Part shown: positions 9,311-22,649 of the stretch, one piece after another | Layout of the letters: every line of letters starts with the position of its first letter | Numbering within the stretch: the first letter of the stretch is position 1 | Origin: Eukaryota sp. GEM-RC1 | Taxonomy: Eukaryota | DNA length: 64,000 bases | Direction: 5' to 3' | Assembly (NCBI GenBank): GCA_040285855.1 | Contig: JAUFOQ010000005.1 | Location: 558,001 to 622,000, forward strand | Position numbers and translations under genes: made by a program | The notes under the pieces: generated by a model | Database searches by the model: none | Seen by the model: only the letters and a program-made list of their open reading frames with translations | What the model was told of the DNA's origin: nothing

Positions 9311-9794
9311 AGTTGACAACAATCCAGTTGTTCTTTTAAAGGCCTGATTTTAATATTGATGAACTCTAATGAACTTGTTTTTGTTAAAAAAACAATTTAG
9401 TCAGCTTATTAGATCAAGCTGACAAATAAACGCTAACAATAAAAAACAATATAAATAGTGGACCTTCTTGATTGAAATACATTTGTTTTGATGATCTACA
9501 GTTTAGTAACTTCTATTGGGTCTATTGAAACTACTACTGTAATTTGTAATTGTCTGCTACTCTTTGAATTTGAAGAATATCCTTCAATTGAACATTTTAA
9601 ACTCACAATTTGTTGAAGATCATGTGAGTTTGTCTTTTCTTCAAATTTGGAACCTACTTGCCTGAAGTGTTTTTTGGGAATCAAGCCGTAATAATTCGAT
9701 ACACCGATTGAACTCTTTTACAAAATGGAAGATGGTATGACTAACTCCATTCTCATTGAACTCATGTCAAAGCACTCAAAGAAGGAAGGATCAG

Positions 9795-12030
9795 ATGAGA
9801 AAAGCTTTGGTACAAATCCAAACTGATTGCTTCTCGTTGATGGAACCAGATACACCTTCCTTCCAACAGACTGGTCCTCCTCACCATTCTTGTTGTTCAC
9901 GAGGTGTACGACAACCTTCTTCGCTACGTCCACCTCAGGAAGTTTATGAACTTCCCCCTGAAGCCCCCTTCACTGCCAAGATCGACAACGTCGCACACAG
10001 TACAACAAAAGACCACATTAAGCACGCTTTCTCTTCTCTTCCCGTCAAAGAAGTTCGATCTTCTTCTAATGTATCTGGCAGGTTTTTTGTCGAATTTCTT
10101 GATGTTCAGGGACTCAAGCAATGCTTAGACCAATTCTGGATGTTTGAGATCAACGGCCGCCCTATCCATCCCTATGTAGCCTCTGTACCTCGTTCTTCTG
10201 CCATGGATGATGATGATTGCCGTGGAGCAACACTACCCTCTCCTACGTCTCTCCAAGAATCTAGTACCTCCTCTTCTGATGATGAACTTCTCCCTTTCAC
10301 TTCCTCCTTCCCATCTCCTTCAAGCTTCTTACAGTTTCAACAGTCATTGTTGATCCTCATCTACCTTCACTTGTTGAGTCGTCTTTGTAAGATGTCTCTT
10401 GACATAAGCTACGGATACCCTCTACGCTCTCTTCTCGATTTTAAAAAACAAATGCATAAATTCTTTGAGAAGTACGGTCATGTCAGCAATCATTTATTTG
10501 AATCCTCGATTCTAGCTGTTAAAGTGTTATTTCAAACAAACACGTTTCCTGTTAATCCAAAAGAACTTCATCAACTTTGTTCATTTGCTTCTTTCTTTGG
10601 AGCAGATGTACAAAATGTTTTCCCTGCACGTTGACGGGATCTTTAATGTTGAAGAATATTTTGATTACTCCCATGTAATTTCAGGATTGCATTTGGAATT
10701 AGAAGATCACAAGGATTTTGAGTTTCTTAACAGTTCTTCCATTTATTTTTCACGTCTTAAACAACTTAATGTGTGTGTTGATTCTTCATTTTCTATGGAA
10801 CTTATTGAATTGTTGAAAGATAATACTACCATTACATGTGTTTATTTACAAAACAGTTATATTGGTGATGTAGGTGCTTTATCTTTGGCGGAAGCTTTAA
10901 AGGAGAATGCCACAATTACCAGTGTTACTTTAACTGCAAATGCTATCGGAGATGAAGGTGTTTCTGCTTTGGCGGAGATGTTGAAGGTTAATGATACATT
11001 GGAAATTGTTAAACTAGGCGTGAACTCTATTGGAGCTCAAGGTGCTATCGCTTTAGCAGAAGCATTGAAAGTTAATACTGCCGTATCATCTGTGTATCTG
11101 CAGAGCAACTCTATTGGACCTGAAGGTGCTATCGCTCTGGCAGAAGCATTAAAAGTTAATACTGTAATAACAACGTTATATCTACAAAATAGCTCTATTG
11201 GAGCTGAAGGTGCTATCGCTTTAGGAGAAGCATTGAAAGTTAATGTTCATGTTGCAATCATTTTTTTGTGTGGAAACTCCATCGGAGATGATGGGGTTAG
11301 AGCATTGGCAGAAGCATTAACAGTAAATAATACAGTTAAACGTATTAGTCTGGGGAACAACTTTATTGGAGATGAAGGTGCTTGTGCATTGGCGGATGCG
11401 TTGAAAGTTAATACTTCAATTACCATTATTGAACTGTATACCAACTCTATTGGAGCTGAAGGTACTATAGCTTTGGCAGAAGCATTAAAAGTTAATACTA
11501 AAGTTTCAAGTTTCAATTTGTGTGGAAACTCTATTGGAGATGAAGGTGCTATAGCTGTGGCAGAAGTGTTGAAGATTAATACTGCAATTACAAGTTTTAA
11601 TCTGGGTCGATGTTCAATTGGAGCTGAAGGTGCCGTAGCTTTGGCAGAGGCGTTCATTGTTAATCCTAAAATTTCAAATATTCAGTTGTGGGACAATTCT
11701 ATTGGAACTACAGGTGCCAAAGCTTTGGCAGATGTGTTAAAAGTTAATCCCGTAGTGACAACTCTTTCTCTGAGAAAATGTTCTATTGGAGATGCTGGAA
11801 CTAGAGCTTTGGCAGAGTCGTTAAGAGTTAACCGTTCAATCTCCCGTATTGATCTGAGTGGTAACTCTATTGGAAATATAAGTGCTATAGCTTTAGCAGA
11901 TGTCTTAAATGATAATAATACTGTTACCAGTGTTACTCTAAGAAATAATTCTATTGGAGCTGAAGGCGTTGAGGCTTTGACAGACATGGTAAACGCTAAT
12001 GGTAACATTGATTTACAAGGAATCGATTAA
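9795..12030 (+). CDS. RRM (eIF4B/4H-like) + F-box-like domain + RI-type LRR protein (frameshift at 10622-10624; start uncertain)
   Basis: LPPEAPFTAKIDNV...GRFFVEF...INGRPI RRM; FQQSLLILIYLHLL...YGHVSNHL family motif; about 14 28-aa LRRs; removing one C joins NVF to LHVDG. Confidence 0.75.
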
Positions 12031-12249
12031 TTGATATTCAAAAGTCTGGCTGTTCAATCAAATCACTTTACATTTTTAACTAAAACAAACAGGGTTTATT
12101 ATCAATACAGTGAAATATTGCATTTGCAAAAATAATATATTACTAACTGACACTAATTAGAGTATCTGAAGTATCAGATTCTGAACTGTGATCTTTCTGT
12201 CCTTCAACAAATAACTTGGTGAACTAAAATCGAATTATACTATCTGTGC

Positions 12250-12640
12250 ATGGAACGAAATAGTGCAAACTTTAACCTACTCAACCAAAAAAATTCATTG
12301 ACTACTTTTCCATACCCAGAACACAATTTTCCAAAAGAAGTTCAAAAGATTTGGGTAGCCGGACCAAAATTACCGTATAGCGACATTGCAAATGGTTGGA
12401 ACACAAAAGAATTGTACCTGTCAACATTCAGTTGGATAATAAAATAACAATACTTTGTATTTTTTGATTTTTCTGCTATCAAGAGCAGAAAAGTCTTCAT
12501 CAAATTATTTGGGAACTGACCTTGAATTACAAGTATCAACAGTGGTGAAGTCCATGATAATTTCCTGATAAGAAAACCAAGGAGCAATCATATCACCACG
12601 ACTTCTGTCAACTTTTGGCTGATCAGAAAGATTAGCAATT
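12250..12640 (-). mobile_element. CRE-like non-LTR retrotransposon RLE endonuclease fragment
   Basis: Nucleotide homology to 13460-13600 (RGDxI...QEIIMDFTTVD motif). Confidence 0.55.
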
Positions 12641-12852
12641 ACAGAAACTAGTCACCAAGAAACGGAAATTATAAATATAGTCTTCATAAACAGAAGGATT
12701 TTCAAACAATAAAACGAATCGAGTAGAGCGTTTGATAGTTTTGTTTATCAGTTTAGTTATTTGTTGTTTTCATCTTGTGTGTTTTTGTCACATAAATCCA
12801 CATTTTTATAAAACGAATACGTCAAAGTGTGTGAACATCTCATTGAGATCAA

Positions 12853-13447
12853 TCACGTGGGACTTAATCCTTCTATTGAAACTTTACCATTGACCATTAA
12901 CGCCTCTTTCAAAGCTACAAAACCTTTCATTTCAATAGAGTTGTACTTCAGATCTATTCTTGAAATTGTAGTATTAACTTTTAACATCTCTGAGAAAGCT
13001 ACGGCACCTTCAGGCCCAATAGTGTTGTTGAACAGGTTAATACTAGTGACTGCAGTATTGAGTTTTAACGCTTCAGCTAACACTATGGCGCCTTCAGCTC
13101 CAATAGAGTTATTCATTACATGAATACTTGAAATTGTAGTATTAACTTTCAACATCTCTGCCAATGCTCTAGCACCTGGAGACCCAATAGAGTTGCTGAA
13201 TAAATTAAGACTGGTAACTGTAGCATTGACTATTAAAGCATCAGCCAATTCTGCAGCACCTTCAGCTCTAATAGAGTTGTTCTGCAGATGAATTTCTGTA
13301 ACTGTGGCATTAACTGTTAATGCTTCTGCTAAAGCAATAGCGCCTTCAACTCCAATAGAATTGTTCTGCAAATTTATTATTGAAACCGTAGTATTAACTG
13401 TTAATGCTTCTGCCAAAGCTGTAGCACCTTCAACTCCAATAGAGTTG
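12853..13447 (-). pseudogene. 5'-truncated RI-type LRR gene
   Basis: About 7 intact LRRs; the LRR pattern stops abruptly at the junction with retroelement sequence near 13447. Confidence 0.75.
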
Positions 13448-14280
13448 AGTCATCATCAAAAATTTTGGAAATTGATCTTGAATTACAAGGATCAACAGTC
13501 GTGAAATCCATGATAATTTCCTGACAAGATGACCAAGGACCAATCAAATCACCACGACTTCTATCAACTTTTGGCTGATCAGAAAGATTAGCAAGTAAAG
13601 GTTCAATTTTACATATAACATATCCAAACATGTATCCCGGATACTGCTGTGAATAATTGATCTAAAATTTATAAATTGATGACAGTGAACTAAATGATGA
13701 AAATTTGAAGCCTTTAAACGACCACAAAGACATGGAGAATGCTTCAAAAGACCTGAAGGCCATAAACCTAACCTAAGTCTCATGTTTATAAGCCATTCAT
13801 GATCCTTAAGATTAAAACAAAATTTTCTTGGCAAACGAGAAACAAAAGACGACGCAGCGCTTGAAGACATATCATTCAAAAAAAGCACACAAAGCGGGAC
13901 TCTTAGTCTTAGCCAAACTAATACGGTTGTTAAAGGCCAAGCTTTCGTGAAACAAAACAAACTTCTTCTGTAACTTGCGAACACACAAAAGCAAAGAGAA
14001 AATGCTTCTCTGCTGAATTTCTGTTACCCCAACAGGAAATCAATCTAACCACAAATTGGAGTCAAGACTATCAATTAAATTTTGAAGACTAATTAACCAT
14101 GCACAAGGTCAGTGAAGTAAAAAATCTTTCGTTTTCCATAACACAGGATAACGATTCTGAAATTCAAACAAAAAAATCTTTAAAGACTCCGAAAAGGCAC
14201 CCTCACGCATGTACTTAGCTTTCGTGAAACCAATATGATGAAGTAAACAAAATAAAGGATCCAGACTATGGTATTTTCTC
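13448..14280 (-). mobile_element. CRE-like (RLE-type) non-LTR retrotransposon 3' fragment, frameshifted
   Basis: MRLRLGL...CLCG...HHLVHC...IHSSIRD zinc finger, then KIEPLL...RGDLI...MDFTTVDP restriction-like endonuclease motifs. Confidence 0.7.
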
Positions 14281-15049
14281 AACAATTAGTCTGGTCCAGA
14301 CAAACTATCTATTATGTAAATTGGTTTGGACTAGCAATGGTGTGATCCAGATTAATTGTTATTATTGGGCTCTAAAAATCGTTATAAAAATAAGTCTGGA
14401 CCACACTGATCAAACCAATTGGTGTATGTGTAGAGAGAAAGGACCATTTAACAAAAGATATGCATTAAGTGCTCATGTACGATTACGGTATTGTCACACG
14501 TGTTCTACTGTATTCCGTAAGCATCCGTGCGTAAAACGTTCGTTAACTGCAGATTATGTGTACATTTCTAATTATGGGTTGGGGAGTCCGTTAGGAGCAG
14601 TGAACTCTGCATTGTGATACGAAAAGCGCAAGCTTCTGGATTCTAGATTCAACAAAAGGATTAAAAAGGTGCTCAGATGTAGCAAGAGTATTTATGTCTG
14701 TAATTACACCTGGTCAATCAAAATCTTGACTCCTTGTCTTTCCAACGACTTCATAAATCATTTTTTAAACATATATTATATTATACCTTTCGAATTAGAT
14801 ACTTCTCACAACAGCTATTTGTTTATTTCATTGATATTGAACGAGAACTTCTGTGACATAGATCAAACATAATTTTCCTCAGAAAAGATGGCTGTACATG
14901 TTAAAACAATTTCTTAATATGTTTTTTTTCTATATCATGGGAAAGGTAAAATTTCTCGATTGAAATCTAACTCGTCAAACAATTCTGAAAGAAGTCTATT
15001 CGTTCTTTAGTTTTCCGGGGTCAGATATCATCTCCCTCCTAGATGGAAC

Positions 15050-15270
15050 TGATGGAGCTCAAAATTCTTTAGAAACTGTCGAGAATCTAGAGTTACTGCA
15101 TCCAGTTGAACCTTCATTTATTTTTGAGAAGGATACTTCAAATTTTTGGTTAAATTCTCCTATTACCAAGTATGAGGTGTCAAATGCCATCTTAACAGCT
15201 AAAAGTGGTAAGGTTGCAGACCCGTCAGAGATGAGTTTTGATCACTTAAAAGCAGTTGAAGAAGTTCAAG
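15050..15270 (+). mobile_element. Non-LTR RT N-terminal remnant
   Basis: ITKYEVSNAILTAKSGKVADPSEMSFDHLK resembles the K.GKAPGP.G...LK motif preceding non-LTR RT. Confidence 0.45.
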
Positions 15271-16696
15271 AATGCATAATTTGGAGTTCTAAATCTTCAA
15301 GTTGAATGCTTCAACTAAGTACAGACTCTACTTGCACATCTGTCCATGAACATACGACCCATCTGTGACATTCCTAGAAACATATCACAGTGCCTTGAAG
15401 CTGGGCTTGATAAGCTTTTTTCCTTCTATCTTTACTCCACTTTTTTGAGAAAGTCAACTGTTACCGATCTTGCTTCTTCCTGATTCTGTGATTTGGCAAA
15501 AGCTGCATAGTCTTTGGCACTTACGTTTTCCGGTGAAACCCTAACACGAAAAGCACAGTCTCTTCTTTCATCACGTCCTTGAAACTTCCAGGCCCTGGCC
15601 CACTATTGCAAAGTAGCAGCAGAAACCTTTTCTTAGCTGCATCCTGCACAATAGGAGAATTTGAATTCCCAGCGAGATTCGGGATCAGCTTCCTTACGTT
15701 CTGCTACAACACATTCGTGAAAGTGTTGCTGGAACATTGACTTCAGATGAGAAGGACTCCATTGACCTACCGGATTATAGAACAGGTCTAATGTCTCTAT
15801 CGCTGATTTTCTATTAGTAGAAAAAAATATTTAAGACTTACGGGAACACAATTGGACCCTGGGAACTCTACGAAGGATAGTAGCTTATTAATTTTTTGTT
15901 CATTATCCTGAAATAAACTCGTTTTAGGTCATACCATGGGGTTAGTCATTATGTTGAAAGAGAAAAGAACATTTTTGCAGATAATTCTTCAAAACTCGAG
16001 TTGCTAATGTAGGACAACACAGATCAACACAAACATTTGTTAATGTATCTATAGAATTTATGATAAGTCTATCATATGCTATTGATTTAATACAATAACT
16101 CCGATTTTTCATCAAAAGAAAGTGAATCAAAACCATACAAAGAATAATCGGTAATGTGGTGTTTTATTTGAATCAATCCTAACAGTATCATGAAGGCTGA
16201 GACCAGTTCAAAAGAATCTATAGTTGATGTGGAGAAGTACGATGAATCGTAACGGCGTTCAACAAAACCGCAAGTCCCAAATTTTGTTAAGAGTGATCAC
16301 CTGAGATGATTTGGATGGGAAAAGGTTGTGAAAAACTGCAAAGGATGTGTAAAAGCGGAGGTATTAACAGAAAACATGCAGAAAGGTGTTGAAAAGTGAT
16401 CACAATATCGTGTGAAAAAGGTGTGAAAAAACAAAAAAGTGGAGAATTATGCGTGATAAATGAAATCTACAGTATGCCACTTTAATATATATTACCTTTC
16501 GAACTAGAAAATTCTTCAATGATATGGACATGAATTTTTGTGCCGTAGACCAAACATAATGGTGATCAGAAAAAGATGTCAGAAAAAATGAAATTTAGTT
16601 CAGTGGAATTCTTCCAGGATGCATATTTCCCATTTCGGAATTTCCCCCTTAAAAACATCCCCCCCTTTTTGCAAAGTCTTAAACTCCCCTTCTTTG

Positions 16697-17220
16697 ATGG
16701 GGTATACCTTCACGATGCTTTTTGACAGTCTGTCCGAGTTTAAGAAACGCTCAGTAAACGCCTCTGAAGATACGAAGACCAGAGCTGTCTATACTTACTT
16801 CTGGTTAAACAAAACCCAAGAAGAGGTTGCATTCTTCTTTAATGTAAAACAATCTATGATATCCCGTTGGATCTCTTCCGCTTTTGAGGACAAAGATTCG
16901 TATAAGACCTCTGGTAACGTAGGTGTACTCGATTCTGATGATAAATCTTTTATTAAATCTGTTCTTGACGCAGATCCTCTTTTGTATCTCAGGGAAATTG
17001 TAGGTCTGGTCTCTATTCATAGAAATAAAGACGTTTCGTTTTCAACTATCCAGAGAGCTATAGCTTCGCTTAATTATACTCGCAAACGATGTGTTGCCCT
17101 TGTGAGAAGAGCTCGTATACAGCTCATCACAAAATTTGAGTGTATGTGGAACAACCGTGTCGGAATTGTTATACAAAGTCAACTTGTGTTTATTGACGAA
17201 GTATCGTCTTCAAAGCCATC
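16697..17220 (+). mobile_element. IS630/Tc1-like transposase, truncated after the first catalytic Asp
   Basis: HTH (TQEEVAFFFNVKQSMISRW), DPLLYLREI, VSFSTIQRAI...YTRKR, QLVFIDE. Confidence 0.7.
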
Positions 17221-18160
17221 AAAATTTAAATCCAGAGGCGGAGGCGAAAAGGGTTGCAAAATGGTCATTTATTGTTTGGATATGTGGATATATTGAGAAG
17301 GGGAAATTCTTATGGAGAAACAGGAATTATGCGTTTGGAATGAAATTCACTGTTGATACCAAATTGTTTCCACATCCAATTCTACTTTTTTTTATATCAA
17401 AGCAGAGGATGAGAACAGAAGAAGAAAGGAAGTGTGACATTTGTGGTGTGAGCTGGTGTAAAGTGTGTCTAAATTTCACAGAAGATTCTTCCGGAGGAAA
17501 GTGTGTGAAAAGAAGAAAGGTTGGCGTTGGGCTCCAAATGTGAAGTCAATGACGTGGTTATTGCATATGTCGATGGACAGGAGATCGGTCGACGAACGAT
17601 CGACCGACAAAAAGTCGGACAGGAAAATTTTGGTCATAAACCGAGTTTGGACATAAACCGGAGGAAGACTGGATGTATTTTGTTGCCCTCATCGATAAAC
17701 TGTTTTCTATTTTTTTATTTTAAGAAAAATTCTGGAGATAATTGAACTTTGTATAGACTTTTACAGCATTCATTAAATCCAAGTGAATTTAAATAACTGG
17801 GAAATTGTTCAAATTTGATTGTGTAAAAAACTCTTTATCTCAGATTCCAAGCAGGAATTGATCATGCTACATGTAGAGTGTATCATTTTGTTACCAAAAA
17901 CAGACTCATTGCTTCCAATTCAATTTAGACATGTCACTCAGCGTGACACATTGTGACGGGCCGAACGTCACACCGACGTTGCAGAAAATTGCGTCGGCTT
18001 CTGATTTCTGAATCCACATCGCGTCACGTCGACTTCAGTATTGTGGCGTCACGTCGCAACGTGTCACATAAATAAATGTCGAGAATGTTTAAATCCACAA
18101 TTTATTACACAACTATACTTATTACACAACAATCAAACACGACAATTTCTCTCACTCTAT

Positions 18161-18720
18161 ATGTCAGAAGCTCCACCACCCGAAGAACCTGAACAACCTG
18201 TTCGCATCACTCAACCTCATCTTTACTCTTTCTTTTCAAAACAAGAACTTCTTCAAACTCTGAAACTCTGGGTCTTCGAAAATGGCTTCGTCCTGAGTAC
18301 CAGCTCATCTATCTGTGATTCCTTTGTCTATTTAATGTGCGTCAGGGGCTATCAAAACCGCCACAATGTAGAAGGTTTGTCAAAGAAGACCGGATGTGGC
18401 TTCGAGATCTATTGCCGTGTAAAAAATAGAGTTTGGTGCAAAGTCGAAATAGATCATGTTCATTCATTTCACAACTTTGTGGACAATCTTGCCGTACATG
18501 CTCCTTTTCGTTGGTGGTCTCAAAAACACTAACCGAAACTTGAAAGTTTATATGATGCTGGTTGTTCCCCAGGAGAAATTCTAAAAGTTGTTAGAACCAG
18601 ATATACAGAGCCGGAAGGTAACGTTTTTGATGTCGAAGCATGACCAGTTCTCTATAAGGACGTTGCTATTGGTCGTGATCGCTGGAAGAAGAAAAATCAC
18701 ACAGGGCCTAAATGACATAC
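18161..18720 (+). mobile_element. MULE transposase N-terminal FAR1-like zinc finger remnant
   Basis: ENGFVL...YLMCVRG...SKKTGCGF...H.FHN; CGTCAC/GTGACG-rich putative terminal region at 17927-18070. Confidence 0.6.
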
Positions 18721-19559
18721 AAGCGCTCTTTAACTACGTTTGATGACAACTGGATACACAAAGCCACGTTTAATGATGATGGTAATCTTCATGATTGGAT
18801 ATCTTGAGTCATTTTATAGTTATTTATTTACAACGATTTTTTGGACAAAAGTTTCACTAATAGAACTTTGTATAAACAAGTTCTGTTTAAGTATCAAAAA
18901 TGATTTCATGAAACAAATTTTCTCCAATGCACCGTTTGCGAGACTCAAGCTCACACTCATCGAGAAGACCTCGCATTTCAGACACTGAAGAGGATGATGA
19001 GTCAGATGCTTCCATCCCCAGTCCCAACTCTCCTTCAACTATAGGATTAAGGTGAAAGCGGATGTCCATAACTTCTTTTCTATAGAGAACAACAACAAGA
19101 GAAAATGTCGGTAAATTTAATTCGATTTGAAATTAATTGTGTTAATCCCATAAGTGATACAAGAAGTTAGAGTTGATGTTCATCATAAGAGGGCAGTGTA
19201 AAGGAACATTTGTCAGTAGTTTCACAAATGATAAGATGGGATCCTGAATGCTTTACTGTTTTTGTTGCTGCTAAGCTTAATCGTCTCGATGTAGAGCTGC
19301 ATGAAGCTGTCCATGACATGAGTCACTAGATTATTACCTGGAAGTGGAAAGATGGCTTCGTGGGGGTCTTGGTTATACAATGAACAGCAGATTGAGTTCG
19401 CCAGATTGCAAAAGAAAGGTGTAAAAATTCTCCAGTCGCATGCTTTGGAACTCTTCAGAAACGGATTATGGACAGTGATCATGACGTGTTCAAGATTCTC
19501 TATAAAGAAAGTGAAACAACTCCAAAGGTTGAAGATAGAATTACACTGATTAGGATGCA

Positions 19560-21360
19560 AATATACAGTACTAGATAAGCCAAATGCTGGAATCTTCAGT
19601 TTATTAAGAATATCCTAGATAACAGCCGTATTGTAAGTAAATCAGATGTGAGTTATTAACACAACCTAAACCGATGTATCAACAGCCGTTACACAAAAAT
19701 TGATTGACACATTGTGTACCAACAATTTCAACGATGGATTTTATTTCTTCTTTCGTCAAGAAAACGAATGCGATTGATTACTCGCTAATGTTAGACAGAA
19801 GTTTTAAGAAATCGAGCAACTACAACATGAGTCTAAAAATGAACATAACTAGTGATGGAAATTTCTTTCAACACCGGACAGTTCGTTCAAACATTTTTAA
19901 TAAAGGCAATAAATAAGAGATCAATCTTGAGGAAACCAATCAACAATCTAGTGATTAAGTTGACGTGGAAAAATAAGATATACAAAGCAGAACAACAAAA
20001 CAGAAACTCTTTTCAAAGTAAGGGGAAGTTATGCTTTAATTAATGCTTTGGTGGAAAGCATATCAGAAAAACACGTGTTCAATTACTTTCATTAAGAATT
20101 ATACCAAGAAAGCACAACAATCAGTCAATTCAAAAGAATGTAGATTTAGGTAGTGTGAACGCTGGAAAGTAAATAACACTGTCATTAGTGATAAATAGGG
20201 TACCTTAATAGATAGTAACTCATGTTAGACATTCAAATCAGAGTTTTCTTGAGATTGAAGTGATGGCCTAAATCAGTGATGAGTACTAGTGTTTGACAAG
20301 TAGAGAGTCACAAAGGTCAGGAGACGAGAGAACTGGCAAGACATTACTTTGAGAGGGAGAAAGAAGGAAGGAATTAAAGGAATGTGAAGGACGAGGAGAA
20401 GTGACAGAGCTTAGAGGTGGAGATTCTGCAGTTTTAGTTAAAGGAAATGAGAGAGACTTCAGACAAGTAATCATGTTCTTAGGTAGTGTTTGGTTTCAGA
20501 TCAAACGGATCAATTGAATCTCTGTGAAGGTTGGATTAATCACGAAGACGTGAAGATTGAACATCGAAAGGACTTTGAGGAGAGGTAGATCAAGGAAAGA
20601 AGGAGTTATAACTCCAAATGAATCGGATTGAGAAGTAGAATCGTGGCGCGTCACTAAGAGCGTCCCATTTCGATCAGGGAGAATGTTACATGTTCAACAT
20701 TGAGCTAGAGGAGATGAAAACTTCTCCCCTATCTCAAACTTCACATTTATTTCCTTTACTCTACCCTGTTGCTCTCGTCTACCCTCTTCTTTTCTTCTTT
20801 ATTAGTTCACAACGGGGTACCGATGATCTCATTTGCAGACCAATTCTTCTTCGTCAACTGAGTGATGTGTACGTGACACGTTACCAGAAGTAATCCTTGA
20901 CACGTGTTAACACGGTGTTAGGAAACGTGTTTGATGCTATCTTACTCTAGTTGAATCTGTTTTAACTTACTCTTGATTAAACATCCATACTTGAGCTTAT
21001 TTCTCGATTCATCTACCTACTTGTCTATTTCCCTTGGATTACCGGTTCTTACCTTGAGTTTCAGGTTTGTTACTTTACTTCGAATTTCTGAGTGATGAGG
21101 TCATCAATTCGATCGCTTATATGATAACTAAGTTGACCAGTTTCCCTTTTTTTGACATCGGTGAATTATCACATCTCAGATATGCTCTTGTGTTTGTTAT
21201 ATTCTCACAATTTTAAAATTTCCTGACAACAGGTTCAACATCACACAAACTTCTTCTCATCATCCCTTTGAAGTTCTTTCATTTTTTCATTGGATATGAA
21301 TCTGTACAATTGATCTGTTCTGTTTTTAGTTGATGTTGGAAGTAATTTCCAACACTATGT
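19560..21360 (-). repeat. Unclassified dispersed repeat, copy A (inverted)
   Basis: Reverse complement of copies B-D, incl. core GGGACGCTCTTAGTGACGCGCCACGATTCTAC; boundaries approximate. Confidence 0.85.
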
Positions 21361-21609
21361 TGTCTTTGACATTCATGTTTTATTCTTTTCTTGTCTGAAT
21401 AAGTTGAGAAATTGAAAAAGAAGACCACAGTGCAACAACACTTTGCAAATTAAGCTCCATCGTCACCACTTTTTAAGAAACAGATGATTCGTCTATACCC
21501 GATGCAATATCTTCCTTGATGTCCACATTCAATTTCCGATGATTCACGACCTGGGATATATTGTTTCTCAATTCTTCACATTCACTTCGTCGGTCTAGTT
21601 AGTTCGAGA

Positions 21610-21910
21610 CGTAGTTCGTAGGATTAGGTACCTAAACCAGTTCTAATTGTCTTTGTTTTCTTGTTCACCAGTTTCCACGGCCAATGGGAGTAAATGACCA
21701 TTTCCATCAATTGTGGTAGCTGATTGAGGAGCATCCCTATAAATAACAAGTCAATGTGCCCCTTTGTTCCGTGAACATTTATCTGCCCACAGTATTCCAC
21801 ACAGTGAGATCGCCAACCTAGACTTGGATTCAATTCCTCGAGGTCTTCAGCAGTAATGTTCCGGGCATTGACACCCTCCCAATCTTTAATGAAGGTTTTC
21901 ACAACCACGT
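21610..21910 (-). mobile_element. MULE transposase core remnant
   Basis: Alternative frame reads SATTIDGNGHLLPLAVETGEQENKDN*NWF (MULE D.N...PLA..E....W.WF). Confidence 0.55.
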
Positions 21911-22199
21911 TAAGGAAGTCTTGTTAGACAGCTTAGGTGAGGAAATCTCTTCCAAGAATAATCTTTTTCGGTCCAGGTAACAAGACGAAGTTCTGATTGA
22001 AAAAGAAGAACATTTGTGGATACTAATCTGTCAGAGTAACCTATTTGTTCTCCAGTCACTCTTACTTTGGGAGAAGTCTGAGTAAACCCCTCCAAAGACA
22101 ACTCTTCCTGCACTCATCCCAAAGTTTGAGTGCATTCATTATGGTTTGCTCCAGCACCACCCAAAAATCCTCCTGGAATCAGCCCAAATAGAAATTAAT

Positions 22200-22560
22200 G
22201 AAGTCTTTTCTATCAAAATGTACATGTTGAGTTTCACAACAAATAAAACCTTCCATATCAATAGCCACATATAGACTTATTTGAAAGTGTCTCATTTGAC
22301 TGAGTTCTCGGTCAATTTGGACCCCTGCTTACGAGTATCCGTAAGGTTGTTGATAGTCTTTTATCATAGATGATACTTCGACACTAATCACAAGTTAACT
22401 TTGGATGACAATCCCAATACGATTGGTCTGCACGTATTCGTACTTTGTGTGGAGCTTTATGCGAACTTTCCTCACAAGGGTAGCACACCGTTCACGAGTG
22501 AAATCAATCGAAGCTATAGCTCTCTAGATAGTTAAAACCGAAACCTATAACATCACTGAG
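22200..22560 (-). mobile_element. Second decayed copy of the IS630/Tc1-like transposase
   Basis: Reverse complement aligns by eye with 17030-17210 (AGAGCTATAGCTTCG...CCCTTGTGAG...CAAAGT). Confidence 0.6.
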
Positions 22561-22649
22561 ATATAAGAGTTTACATATTTAATAGGGGTGGGCTAAAAAG
22601 GTGCAAAAAATTGCTTTGATGTTGTTGAAATGTGTAATTTGAATCTTGA

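Noticed and set aside
10585..12030. Annotation as true NLRC3/NOD receptors
   Set aside because: No NACHT/NB-ARC P-loop in any copy; the similarity is confined to RI-type LRRs
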